From the IMG/VR virus record IMGVR_UViG_3300026035_000002, positions 1,417 to 65,416 of that record: a stretch of 64,000 nt of DNA. One strand, written 5' to 3'. The position numbers and the translations under genes were made by a program. This DNA comes from a virus. Taxonomy: Duplodnaviria > Caudoviricetes. The notes under the pieces were generated by a model. The model made no database searches. It was not told the origin of the DNA and was given only the letters and a program-made list of their open reading frames with translations. Below are positions 18,391 to 28,912 of this stretch, in pieces. Numbering within the stretch: the stretch's first letter is position 1; each line of letters starts with the position of its first letter.

Positions 18391-18813
18391 TTGACAAGAG
18401 AAAGCGAGCAAACTTTGGCCACGTCAGCACTAGCCAGTCCCACCCAGGGCGCAGTCTCGCCCGCCCCCCAGAATTTCCCATCTTGCGCATATGCGCACAA
18501 TCGCGCACAGGATCCTGATCGCGACGCCTCGACCCGCGAAGGCCACGAACTGCTGTTGCGCGGCGCTCAGACGCCCGACGAGCTAGTGGTCGTCGCGGCC
18601 GTCATTGAGCTGACCGTCGCCGCGGAACTGCCGGCCGCTTATGTCTCGATCGATTCGGTCATCCACAACGCCGAACTCTACGGCGTCGACCAATGGGAAG
18701 CCAGGGTTGCGATCGCGCAGCTCGATCGCCGGCGTGTCTTGCGCCTGGACGATCAGAACGGCGAAGTGCGGGTGTCACTGCGGAGCCTGATCGTTGCGGA
18801 GGTGATGGCCTAA
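18391..18813 (+). CDS. Hypothetical protein, possible winged helix (start uncertain)
   Basis: C-terminal half reads as protein (SVIHNAELYGVDQWEARVAIAQLDRRRVL); TAATG coupling to rep. Confidence 0.5.
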   Translation: MTRESEQTLATSALASPTQGAVSPAPQNFPSCAYAHNRAQDPDRDASTREGHELLLRGAQTPDELVVVAAVIELTVAAELPAAYVSIDSVIHNAELYGVDQWEARVAIAQLDRRRVLRLDDQNGEVRVSLRSLIVAEVMA

Positions 18814-20084
18814 TGGCTGGGACCCGAGGAAAACAGTCATCGCCAGGCCAGCAATCGTTCGACTGGACCCTGCAGCCGGCGCCGGCGATGAAAGACCGCG
18901 GCAACTTCACGCAAACTCCGAAAGAGGTTCTCCGGCAGTTCATGGCCGGCTGCGATTCGATGGCGGCCGCCAGGCTGGTCGCATACATCGTCGACGAGAC
19001 CTACGGCGGCCAGTTCGACCCTCGAGTGTATGGCAAGAGCGCCGAAGCGCTACGCCAACGAGGAGAGCGGCCCAACTGCATCCCGCTGACCATAGAACGG
19101 ATCGCGGAGATCTGCTGCGTCTCGGAAAGCGGCGCCCTCAAGGTCAAACCCTACCTCGAGAAGGAGCTGGCAATCCTGAAGACCGACCGCAAGCACGGCC
19201 AGGAGTGGTACTGGCTCGACTACGAAAAGATGCGGTCACTCGAGCGGATAACGCCCCGCTCGGTCACGCCTAAGGTAGCCACTACTAACATACCGACTGA
19301 CATCCGACCGGTGGGAATGCCCATGGTCCGCGTCCCGGACTCGGACGTCGAGATTCCTCTGGCCGCAGCCTGCCCTTCCGGCGAGGCCTGCTGCCTTGTG
19401 GCCAAGTACGCTGGTCCGTCACCATGTGGCGGAAATTCGCATCTCATTGATACGATTACGCCGACATTTGCCAAACATACCCTCGAGGGTAGGAATGGCG
19501 ATTATTCGGGTGCCACGGCGAACGGAAACGGCGTTTCAGGGAACGGGCACAAACCTACCCTCGAGGGTATGTTTTCGCAGCAGACACCGGTACTGAAACC
19601 GGGCGCATCGACCACGGTCTCGCTTGGCCTCGACATCGAAGCCGTCCGCTTCCACAACGAGAACGGCCAAGTCCTCAGCATGTCCATGTCGCTGAAGCCG
19701 AGCAACACCGGACGAATCCTCGACCTCACTTTCTGCCCGCCTCCCTCCGCAGACGATGCCACCACCCAAGAGTGGACAGCGCCGCTCAACGCACTCACGC
19801 GCAAGCACTGGAAGTCCTTCCTCGGCGAGGCTGAAATCGCCGACATCGCCGGGCTTTGCAGCGCCATCGACGCCACACCCCAAGACTTCTGCGAATGGGC
19901 GGGCGGCAAAGACGGCAAACTCTTCCACCAGAACAGCCGGGTTCCTAAGAACTACGGGGTAAGCATCCTGGTCAAGCTGGCTCACGACGACTTCCAGAAA
20001 TACTGGCTCGCGAGCGACAATGCCGCGCTGCCGGTACCGGAAAGCGACCCGTTCGAAGAGTTGATGCGGAGGGCTTCGAAATGA
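18813..20084 (+). CDS. Replication initiator (lambda O/DnaD-like position)
   Basis: GNFTQTPKEV and LTIERIAEICCVSESG HTH-like N-terminus; internal inverted repeats; followed by loader-like gene. Confidence 0.65.
   Translation: MAGTRGKQSSPGQQSFDWTLQPAPAMKDRGNFTQTPKEVLRQFMAGCDSMAAARLVAYIVDETYGGQFDPRVYGKSAEALRQRGERPNCIPLTIERIAEICCVSESGALKVKPYLEKELAILKTDRKHGQEWYWLDYEKMRSLERITPRSVTPKVATTNIPTDIRPVGMPMVRVPDSDVEIPLAAACPSGEACCLVAKYAGPSPCGGNSHLIDTITPTFAKHTLEGRNGDYSGATANGNGVSGNGHKPTLEGMFSQQTPVLKPGASTTVSLGLDIEAVRFHNENGQVLSMSMSLKPSNTGRILDLTFCPPPSADDATTQEWTAPLNALTRKHWKSFLGEAEIADIAGLCSAIDATPQDFCEWAGGKDGKLFHQNSRVPKNYGVSILVKLAHDDFQKYWLASDNAALPVPESDPFEELMRRASK
19473..19574. repeat. 21-bp perfect inverted repeat pair inside rep; candidate origin iterons
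   Basis: AAACATACCCTCGAGGGTAGG (19473-19493) and its exact reverse complement (19554-19574); each contains the palindrome TACCCTCGAGGGTA. Confidence 0.7.
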
Positions 20085-20590
20085 AGTCCACCGACGAGAA
20101 CGTTAGCTTCTGCGGAAAGCAAGTCAGTCGTTTGCAGGGAACTCGATTCTTTGACAACCTGTCGACCGCGGCACTCTCCGAATTGCGATCTGCAATCGTC
20201 GGCGCGTCAGTCAACCAGGCCCAAGCCGAAGCGATCGTAACTGTCTGGCTGTCTGAACATTCGGAGTATCCGACGCCGGCGGACATCTACGCGATCGGGC
20301 GGACGATGAACGCGCCGGCGGTCGCGAGTGCGACGATGCTGCCTGGTCCGTGTGAGCGATGCGCGGAAATCCCCGGCTACATCCGCGTCACTTACACGGT
20401 AAACAGGGGTGTCTTTGCCGGAGAGACACGCGACGGCCTCGTGCTATGCGGCTGCGCCCGCGGTAAGGCAATGGGCGAAGCAGCGCTTCGTGTGAAAGCC
20501 TCCGACCCGTCAAATCGCCCGGAAGTGCGGGAAGGTTTCACTGCCCTCGCCAATCTCATTACGGCAGATCCGGAAGGTCGCGTGTCATGA
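20081..20590 (+). CDS. Putative helicase loader/inhibitor (G39P-like) with Zn finger
   Basis: YPTPADI motif; CERC...CGC; ATGA-coupled to rep. Confidence 0.5.
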   Translation: MKSTDENVSFCGKQVSRLQGTRFFDNLSTAALSELRSAIVGASVNQAQAEAIVTVWLSEHSEYPTPADIYAIGRTMNAPAVASATMLPGPCERCAEIPGYIRVTYTVNRGVFAGETRDGLVLCGCARGKAMGEAALRVKASDPSNRPEVREGFTALANLITADPEGRVS

Positions 20591-22574
20591 CCATGGCGCA
20601 GTCCCTGCGAGAAGCACTGCTCGAGGCCCGCGAAAACGGCGCCATGGTCGACAAAACGACCGCTCCGATCTTCGCCGCGATCCTCGCAGAATGCCCCGAC
20701 CTGGTAGAGCACATGGTCGCAGGGCTTCGGTACTCGGCGAAGGAAATCGTCTCGCGCCGGCCGGACGCAGCGGACGTCGTGGGGACTCAGTATCTGGCGC
20801 TGGGGATCTGGCTGGGCAGGCGGTCGAAGGAGCTGGAGCAGGCAGAGGCTGAAGCGAAGCCGAACTGAACGACTTACTTACTCGGGGACTCGAGTAAGTT
20901 AACGGGGCCAGCACGCGGCTGGAGCGCGGAGAAGGCGAGCAGGTAGCAGGAGGCATCAATGGGTAACTTGATCACTCAGATCGAAAAGGGCACAAGCGTC
21001 GAGGCGCGGACCCGGACTCTCGTAACCGGGTTAGCCCGCGGGGCGCAGGACGCGTCGAAGAACGGCACAATGCCGGAGTGGGCGGCGCAAACCTCACGGG
21101 ACCTCGATAACTACGCGACGGCCGTTGCAGGGACCGGCGGGCAGGGTGAAGCAGCGGGGGCAGGAGCCGGGGGAAAGACGGGGCGGTAAGTAGGCCAGAA
21201 AAAGCGAATGGCCCCGCTTTGAAGGAGCGAGGCCAACGAATCACCGAGGAAACAGTGAGGTCCGCAGTCATGATAACCGCAGTCACCACGGAAACACAAG
21301 CGACGCCCGCGATTATGCTGGCGTCAGATACCAACGGAGTCTTTCTCGACGTCGCAACCTGGAAGCCGCTCGCCGCACTCGTCGATGAGCTTTGCGAAAA
21401 GCGCTTCACTCTTCACCGGCTGATTCAAGCGATCTCCAGCGTCCCCGGAAGCTCCGAGGTCGACCTCGAGTTCTTCTGCGAGTTCGCCGCGCTCTACGCC
21501 AGGCGCATGAATTTCCCGCCGCAGTCGATGTCGATTGGCGTATTCACCGAAGTCGTGAAGCTATCCGTTGCGACCTGGAAGGCGATGGGCGGAAACCCCG
21601 TGTGGGAACACCTGCGAGGTGAAGCATGAGACTCGGCGGCGTTGATTTATCTATGGCTGTCCTTCGCCCGCCGCTGATATTTGGCGACTCTGTGCAGATC
21701 GCCGCCTCCGACCATGTGGCACTCTTCGAGCGGGCGATGGAACTCTTGGGCCGTGATCACGAAGTCTATGAGTGCGACGACTGCCATGGCAAGAAAAAGG
21801 TTCCGTGCCAATGCGAGTGCGGAAACTCCCGCCACTATCGAGTTTGTGGAGCGTGTAACGGCACGGGAGAAGAAATAGTCTTCCTCCGGGACATGTCGCC
21901 GAAGCAGCTCGCTCAAGTTATCGCCGAGGAAGAGGCCTCCGCATGAACTACCTCGAAAATCCCGAAGGCGCGAGCGTTACCTTGCGGCTCAACGCGAATC
22001 GCGCCGCTCTCCACTTCAACGCCATGCATCCGATCGGCACCAGGGTGCGCTACTGGGCCGATGAGAAAGTGGGGGAGCCAACCGGAACGGCGAGGACCAA
22101 CACGGCCGCCTATGTCTTCGGTGACATCGTGGCTGCAGTCGGCCTTGAGGTGCCTGTCGATAGCGCACCTAATGGCGTCCTCAGCCTCGGCATTACGGCT
22201 GCGACAGTCGTCGTACCTCTCGACAATGTGGAGGTGATCGCTTGACCCCCATGATCTCGAAGCACCGCGTGTTCAACGATGAGCACCGCAATTTCCTTCT
22301 GAACGAAGTGTTCAACGCCTTCGACAAAGCTTTTCGCGAGCACGACAGACAAGCGCTGCTGGCTCGCAAACAAAGACGGGGCACTCAACCCGAAGAAAGG
22401 AGGGCGCGGACCCAAAACACCAGTACCAGAGCAATCGTTCCAGCGCGGCCCATTCGGAGCACACTGCATCTGGCGGATGCAGTGGAGCGGGCCGCGGCTG
22501 GAGCGCCGAAATCGAGACGTCCGTTCGATCCCGCGTTCGTCGCGATGTTTGCGCCGAGGGAGCGTGCCTCGTGA
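20587..22574 (+). other. Run of small early hypothetical ORFs: 20587-20868, 20959-21189, 21219-21629, 21626-21946 (DnaJ-type Zn finger), 21943-22245, 22242-22574
   Basis: Mostly ATGA/TTGA overlaps, phage-like codon bias. Confidence 0.65.
20876..20899. promoter_or_regulatory. Intergenic inverted repeat
   Basis: ACTTACTCG-GGGACT-CGAGTAAGT; no U-tract. Confidence 0.45.
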
Positions 22575-23206
22575 GATGCGAACCGCACGTAATAGCCGCC
22601 GCAGTGGCGCAAGAGAAGACCGGCATCGTGCTTGGGGAGTCGGACGAAGGCGGAGTCATGATCGGCTTGATCAATCCGCATATCCAAGACACGCCGGAAG
22701 CCGCAATCGTCTACGGAATCATGCGCAAGCGGAAAGCCCTGCGGATCGCTCGGGACATCGCATGGATTTGCCTGCTACCCTCCAAGCGGTTTGTGCGCAC
22801 TGCCGTTGTCGCGTTAGTCGCACTGGTAGCCGCGGTTGTCGCCTCGCTGACAGTCGATGCAATCCGAACACTGTACTTCAAATCAAGTTCTCGCTCATCG
22901 CAACCAAGCGTCGATGAGCGGAAGACGCGAGCCATAGCCGCCATCTCCTCCGAGGCGTCCGAATGTGCCCGCGTCTTTTTCCAATCTTCGGGTCTCACCT
23001 GCCGCCCGAAGCTGACCAGCGGGCAGCCGGGGTTGACTGCCTCCGTGTTCCCCGCTGCGATACTTACAAGTTCAGACGTTGGGTCCAACGTCAGGAGCCG
23101 AGCCGCCGGTATCGCGGTCATTCGATGCATCGCTCATCTCAAATCCGCGTGGCGAGTTCTGCTGACGGGCTCGTCCCGCGGTTTTGTGTCTGGGGGTGCA
23201 GCATGA
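22571..23206 (+). CDS. Hypothetical protein with one TM helix
   Basis: GTGA and ATGA coupling at both ends. Confidence 0.5.
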   Translation: MRCEPHVIAAAVAQEKTGIVLGESDEGGVMIGLINPHIQDTPEAAIVYGIMRKRKALRIARDIAWICLLPSKRFVRTAVVALVALVAAVVASLTVDAIRTLYFKSSSRSSQPSVDERKTRAIAAISSEASECARVFFQSSGLTCRPKLTSGQPGLTASVFPAAILTSSDVGSNVRSRAAGIAVIRCIAHLKSAWRVLLTGSSRGFVSGGAA

Positions 23207-23985
23207 CGTACGGATCGCTGTTCAGCGGCATTGGAGGCTTGGATCGTGGCTTCGAGTCGGCAGGGTTTAAGCCAGTGTGGAGAGTCGAGAAGAATGCCCA
23301 GTGCATTGAAGTGCTTAAGCGATGGTGGCCGAATACCAGGACGCACGAGGACATCCGGCATTTCGATGCGACTGCCGAAGTCCGCGCCGATCTCATCTGC
23401 GGAGGCGATCCTTGTCCGGCGCACAGCCACGCCCGCTCAAATGGAGATTCCAAACATCCCGACTTGTCCGGCTACTTCCTCTCCGTGGTCGCAAGATGCC
23501 GCCCTTGGTGGGTGGTCCGCGAGAATGTTCCTGCACCAAGTGTCCAGCACTTCAAAGCCGCTCTGGACTACCTCGGATACGGAGCGGTTACTATCCGCAT
23601 CGAGTCCTCGCCACTTACGGGCCAGCTTCGGCAGAGGGATTACATTGTCGGGCGTTATCAAGCCACCCAGGAAAGCGTCCGCAACCTGTTTCCGGACGCC
23701 GCGAATGGTCGAGGGCCTTATACGACGCGCCTTGGCACGAGGGAGATCACTCCGGCTCTTACTACGCACCGGACGCGATACGATTCCCGTGATTGTTACA
23801 TTTGGGAACAAAGGAACGGGTTACGAATCCTGGACGCTGAAGAGCGCGAGGCCCTTGCGGGCTTCCCAGCGGGATGGACTGCTGGCTTTTCTGAAGCGAC
23901 ACGCGCCCGAATGCTCGGGAACTCAGCGCCACCCCAAGTAGCAGAGTGGATTGGCAAACACCTGAAGCCCGGCGGTGCGGCATGA
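23203..23985 (+). CDS. Orphan C5-cytosine DNA methyltransferase
   Basis: LFSGIGG (motif I), GGDPC (IV), RENV (VI), QLRQR (VIII), LGNS (X). Confidence 0.92.
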   Translation: MTYGSLFSGIGGLDRGFESAGFKPVWRVEKNAQCIEVLKRWWPNTRTHEDIRHFDATAEVRADLICGGDPCPAHSHARSNGDSKHPDLSGYFLSVVARCRPWWVVRENVPAPSVQHFKAALDYLGYGAVTIRIESSPLTGQLRQRDYIVGRYQATQESVRNLFPDAANGRGPYTTRLGTREITPALTTHRTRYDSRDCYIWEQRNGLRILDAEEREALAGFPAGWTAGFSEATRARMLGNSAPPQVAEWIGKHLKPGGAA

Positions 23986-25129
23986 AGCGGCGTTTCGAAC
24001 TGATCCGGACGATCGCGGGGCCGCCGTCCAAGCATCCGAACTTTCGCGACAAGCAGGGGACGTTCCTCGTCTACCTCGATCCTGACTACCTCGTGGAACT
24101 GATGGAGCGCGCCTCGAAGAACAAGAGTCAGAACAGCCACATGGGCGCGATCCGCGTGGAGTACAAGGCCAACGTTCCAGCGAGTGAAGTGGCCCCGCTG
24201 TTCGGCGTAGTGCAGCATCAACGGGGTGCGGTATGAAGGCCCGCCCTCTGAAAAGAAAGACCAATCCTCACTGGAGAAAGGGCAACGAGCGGTGGGATTT
24301 GGTGCTGATGGGTGATCCAGACTGCCATGCGTACATCATTCGATATTGGAGCAACGTCTGTAGGGACGCTGCATGGTGTTGGTGCCTTACGATGCCGCGG
24401 GGTAGCGCGAGCCGTTTCTCGGGGTGGGCATCTTCCGCCTTCGCCGCCAAGCTACAGGTTGAGTCAGCGATACGGAATCACTGGATCCAGGATTCCTACG
24501 TAAGACGTGGCGGTGCAGCATGAAGGCCCGTCCTCCGATGGCACCGCGTTACGCCGAAGCATTTCTGTGGACCCTGCTCGGTAGCATGCTGGTCGCGGGC
24601 GCGATCGCGTTCTGCGCGTTTGTGCAGGGGAGATTGCCGCGATGAACGAATCCCTATGTGTCTCAACCGCCGATCTTGTCTGTGTGGGCTGCGGCTGCAC
24701 TGACGAACGCGCATGCCGCGGTGGCTGCCATTGGGTAGAACTGGACCCTCCGCTATGCAGTTCCTGCTGCGAACTGGCGGCTGAGCTAGGACTGTTAGAT
24801 CCGGATGACGACTACGATCCTGACGACCCCCAGGGCATCTTGCGGCGCGACCGTGACGCGGAATTAGATGCACGCAATCCGATTGTCGAAGTCTTTCAGC
24901 CTCACGAAGCACAGCGTTTCATCGAACAACGGCGGGCTGCAGGAGGACTACTGTGAACCATTCTCGTAGTCACCGGCAAGTGTACGCTGTCGCGCTCGAC
25001 AGCGACGAGATATCGAAACTGCTGGCGATCCTCGACGGTGCTAGAAAGGCCGCCGTCGACATGAAAGAGCCCGAGGTATACGCAGAGATCTCACGGCTGG
25101 AGAAGATCTTCAGGGAGGCGCGCTCTTGA
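23982..25129 (+). other. Run of small ORFs: 23982-24236, 24233-24523, 24520-24645 (TM peptide), 24642-24956 (Cys-rich CGCTD..AC..GC.W), 24953-25129
   Basis: Successive 4-bp stop/start overlaps. Confidence 0.65.
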
Positions 25130-25782
25130 TCGACGCTCGGTTCGTCCCCATCACCGACTGGCCCGGTAAGAAGACGACAAGCCGCCAGCGGTCCCCATTC
25201 TCTGCAAAGTACGCCTCCACGCTCGATCTATTGGAAGCGGAACTAAAGCACCTGTCCGCTAAGGACATCACCATCCAGGCATACTTCGACCGCCGCGATA
25301 TCCGCAACGATGGGTGGCCGCGATCGAGTGCGCGGCCGTCGCAGCCCGGCGTGATTGTTTCGTTTGAGCAGCGCAAGGGTACTTACCAGGGTGGCAAGTG
25401 GGTCGAATCGATTCGCGAGTTCTCCTTCCCTTGCGACCGGTTCCTGGGATGGGAAGATAACCTACGCGCGATCGCCCTCGCCCTCGAAGCGCTGCGCAAG
25501 GTGGATCGCTACGGAGTAACTCAGTCAGGCGAGCAATACAAAGGCTGGGCTAGACTGCCCGCGCCTGGCCCGGCTGGTGAGATGTCACGAGAGGAAGCCG
25601 CACTATTCATCGCGGGGTACGCAGTTATTCCCAAGGACTATCTTCTCGATGGATCGGCATCGTTCATTAACGAAGCCTATCGAAAGGCCGCCGCTAAACT
25701 TCACCCGGATTCACAGAGCGGAAGCAACGAATTGTTCCTCCGTCTCCAGAAGGCGAAGCAGATCCTGGAGAGTCGCGTATGA
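25126..25782 (+). CDS. Phage J-domain protein
   Basis: C-terminal AYRKAAAKLHPD...F.RLQKA; N-terminal CDRF..WEDNLRAIALALEALRKVDRYG family motif. Confidence 0.85.
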   Translation: MIDARFVPITDWPGKKTTSRQRSPFSAKYASTLDLLEAELKHLSAKDITIQAYFDRRDIRNDGWPRSSARPSQPGVIVSFEQRKGTYQGGKWVESIREFSFPCDRFLGWEDNLRAIALALEALRKVDRYGVTQSGEQYKGWARLPAPGPAGEMSREEAALFIAGYAVIPKDYLLDGSASFINEAYRKAAAKLHPDSQSGSNELFLRLQKAKQILESRV

Positions 25783-26560
25783 CCGCCACCATCCGCCGCG
25801 AAGCACAGCGCTACTCCACGTGGATGAAAATCTTTGCCACTGACACCATTCGCATTATTGAGCCGCCAAAGCCAGGGCAAGGAGGATTTCTACGTATGCT
25901 CGTCGATGTCGCCGCGCTAACAGATGAACAGCGCGCGCGGTTGGCTCGTCATATTTCGAGCGTAAGACTGGTCCCCTGCGACCAAGCGATGAACGACATG
26001 ATGGAGGCTGGTTCGGTGCTGATATCTGCTCAGTACGTGGATGTTCGGACTGAGGAAGCGAGGCTGTTTTGAAAGCGAAGACGCAGCACGTGCATACGGT
26101 CAACGCATCGGGCCAGTCCATCGGCATCACCGACCAGTATCTTGACACCCTGAACGATCTTCTCAAGACAGCCTATCCAATTGGTGCTTATGCGATGGGA
26201 GTTGTCAGCGCGCTGGCGTGGCGTCAGAAGATGCAACCCGACCGCCGCCTCCTGTACAACGCCTCAGTCTGCATAGCGGTGCGCGCTGTCCCCATTATTT
26301 TCGATGCTTGGGCATCCGAGAAGTTGACGAAGGGAGCGAAGTAGATGCCGGTGGGCGACATTTCTGAGGCCGTGATTGCGAGATGCCCGCGATGCAAGGC
26401 CATCATAGCGGCGGTTTCCACTACTGACGAGCGGGCACGAGAAACAGCAGCGAAATGCGCGGCCCAATGGGTCAAGGAAGGGCTGAGCATCGAGACCGTT
26501 GCCGCGCAGAAGGTCCGCGAAGGCGCGTGGTGTAACTGCAACGTAACGGGAGTGAAGTAG
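25779..26560 (+). other. Small ORFs 25779-26072, 26069-26344, 26345-26560
   Basis: Coupled starts. Confidence 0.6.
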
Positions 26561-26782
26561 ATGCCAGTAACCAGAGACAACTTGAGCGACGTAATCGCCT
26601 ACCATGCTCCCGATCAGGAGCAGATCACGCGGATTGGAAACATCCGGCAAGAGGCGGAAGGCTTCATCGCCACGATTCTCGTCAACACGCCAAACTGCGC
26701 GGACCAGCAAGCCGCCATTCGTCACGTGCGCGAGGCCATGATGACCGCCAATGCGGCGATCGTACTGAAAGGAGCCGTGTAA
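26561..26782 (+). CDS. Acb2/Tad1-like helical-hairpin protein (putative anti-defence sponge)
   Basis: YHAPDQEQ..RI..IR..A..F...I....P.CADQQAAIRHVREAMMTANAAI pattern. Confidence 0.6.
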   Translation: MPVTRDNLSDVIAYHAPDQEQITRIGNIRQEAEGFIATILVNTPNCADQQAAIRHVREAMMTANAAIVLKGAV

Positions 26783-26789
26783 GTTAGCC

Positions 26790-26960
26790 ATGAAACTGCT
26801 CACCATAAAAGCTGCGCTCGAGTGTCCTTCGGACTGGACTGAGAAACAGGTCAGGAAATTCCTCGAAGGTCAGCTACTCAGTACCGAGAAGGAACGTAAG
26901 TCGCTGGAAGTTCGTGAGTGGCCGAAGACAAACGGCGAGGACGCAACCGGAGTAAGGTAA
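26790..26960 (+). CDS. Small hypothetical protein
   Basis: 56 aa; TAATG coupling to the next gene. Confidence 0.55.
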   Translation: MKLLTIKAALECPSDWTEKQVRKFLEGQLLSTEKERKSLEVREWPKTNGEDATGVR

Positions 26961-27436
26961 TGCCCATCCGTCCTGAGTTGCGCCACTTCTACACCGGTCC
27001 CGCCTGGCGCGCTGTCCGTGAGCGCATCCGCGCAAGGGCCGGGAACGCCTGCGAGTGCTGCGGGGTACCGAATGGCATTGTGGCGCTCCGAGCCTATTCC
27101 TGGTGGACACCTGCCACGCTGCCGGCCACTGTGTTCAAGATGGGCGGAACTCTCTACGGCTGCTCACTGATCGAGTTGCCGTGGCGCACGATCGGCCTGA
27201 AGGAGCCGATTCGAGCCTGCTTCGTACGGGATTCCTGTCACTGGGTAGGGATCGTCTGCACCTGCGCCCATCTGAACCACGTCGCCGGCGACGATCGCGA
27301 CGAGAACCTGATGTTTCTCTGTCAATGGTGTCACCTGTCGTATGACTCACCGCATCATGCACGCACACGTGAAGCGCGCAAAGACGCGGCTCGTCCGATA
27401 CTCGCGGCGGCGGCCGGTGAGGCGGAGGTGGCATGA
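26960..27436 (+). CDS. HNH-type endonuclease-like protein
   Basis: MPIRPE..Y....W...RERIR.RAGN.CECCGVPNG ... AHLNH..GDDRDENL.FLCQWCH. Confidence 0.8.
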   Translation: MPIRPELRHFYTGPAWRAVRERIRARAGNACECCGVPNGIVALRAYSWWTPATLPATVFKMGGTLYGCSLIELPWRTIGLKEPIRACFVRDSCHWVGIVCTCAHLNHVAGDDRDENLMFLCQWCHLSYDSPHHARTREARKDAARPILAAAAGEAEVA

Positions 27437-28912
27437 CTGAAGCCGAGCGCCTGCAAAAGATCGTTCTCGCCCAAGAGAAGGAGATCAAGCGACTACGCAA
27501 GACTCTGTCGGTAGTTCGCGTCGCCAGCGTTTTCTATGGAGTCGAAGACGACACCTTTTTTGTAAGTGTGACAGGAATAGGTTTCGACGAATACGGCTTT
27601 ACCGAGGCGGCACGTTCCCAACTTAAAAAGGTCGCGGAAATATTAGCAGGACAGAAACTGAAGGCAGATGCACCAGAGGACGGCATTACCGGAGACCCCC
27701 TGCATGGGGTCGGAGTGCCGCAGCCATGAGACTTCGCAGCGCCTACGTGCTCCACTGCCTCTGCGGCGCAACCGTGGAGTCGCACGAGCCTACCGTGAAG
27801 CACACATGCCCGGCTTCAAGCTTCGTTATTCCTGCGACACCTGGGATACATGGAGACTTCTCACCATGGCCGCAGATTAAAGAGCGATGGCTTGCTGTTG
27901 AGGGATGGGGTGAGGCGAAATGAGCGTCAAGCGGCAATTGATGGCTGAGCAGTGGGACCAATTCGCACGTGCCGTTCTACCTCCGCAGATATCCACTCTG
28001 CAGCGCAGGGAAATGCGCCGTGCGTTCTATGCCGGGGCCGAGTCGATCCTTTTCCGCGTGATCCAGTCGTTTGCTCCGGAGTCCGAACCGACCGACGAAG
28101 ACCTGAAGATCATGGAAAACATCGATCGGGAGTTGAAGGAGTTTGCCAGGGATGTGAAAGCAGGCAGGGCATGACCCCTTGGCAGTGGACCCTGATATGC
28201 CGATTCATGCTGATCATGCTGGAGAGCGTCATGGAAAAGCATCATCCGGTCGAGTTCTATACGGCCGCCTCCGAGCTGACTAACCAAATCGGAAAAGAGA
28301 TAGCGACTCCCACGTATGACGACAAGGGGCGAAGACGATGAGTCGCGAGGATCTCAGAATCACGGAAGCGGCGGTCAAGCGAGGCGATAAACTCTGGACC
28401 GGCAGGCGCCACTCTGAAATCATCGGCCGGGTATTCGAGGAAACAGGCCAGCGGGTCACACAGGAAGAACAAGGCTTTGTCGCGGATGATGGAGAGTTCT
28501 ATAACCGATTCCAATCCGGCTCGATCGCGTATTCAGCAGGCCAGACCAAGACAAGAAAGCAGCATCTGCTATCGGAGGATCTGTGGTGAAACGGCGACGG
28601 AGGGCGAAGACGATGAGCCATCGAGCCTTCCTTCTGCTCGCCGTGCTCTTGGCGTGGTTCGGACGCGATGGAGTGAGGTAAACAATGACCTACACAATTG
28701 AGCAGTTGAAACAAGTCCAGGCCTCGGGAGAACTCTACAGAGAGTTGATCGATGAGGTCGAGAGCCTGACCCGCCAGCTCCGTGCGCAAGAGATCACCGG
28801 CACCAACATCCGGCTCCGCACCATCCGCGAATGCGCGGAGCTGATGGACCTGCATAACGCCAGTGGCAGCGGTGGCCTTGCCATTCGCGAGAAGTTCGGA
28901 GTTCCCGCGTGA
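27433..28912 (+). other. Small ORFs 27433-27729, 27726-27923, 27920-28174, 28171-28341, 28338-28589, 28613-28681 (22-aa hydrophobic peptide), 28685-28912
   Basis: Coupled overlaps and RBSs. Confidence 0.6.

Noticed and set aside
22711-23130. 139-aa minus-strand ORF
   Set aside because: Plus-strand ORF is coupled at both ends and has the coding-type first-position G bias
23231-23941. 236-aa ORF overlapping the C5 MTase
   Set aside because: Off-frame shadow of a gene with full motif set
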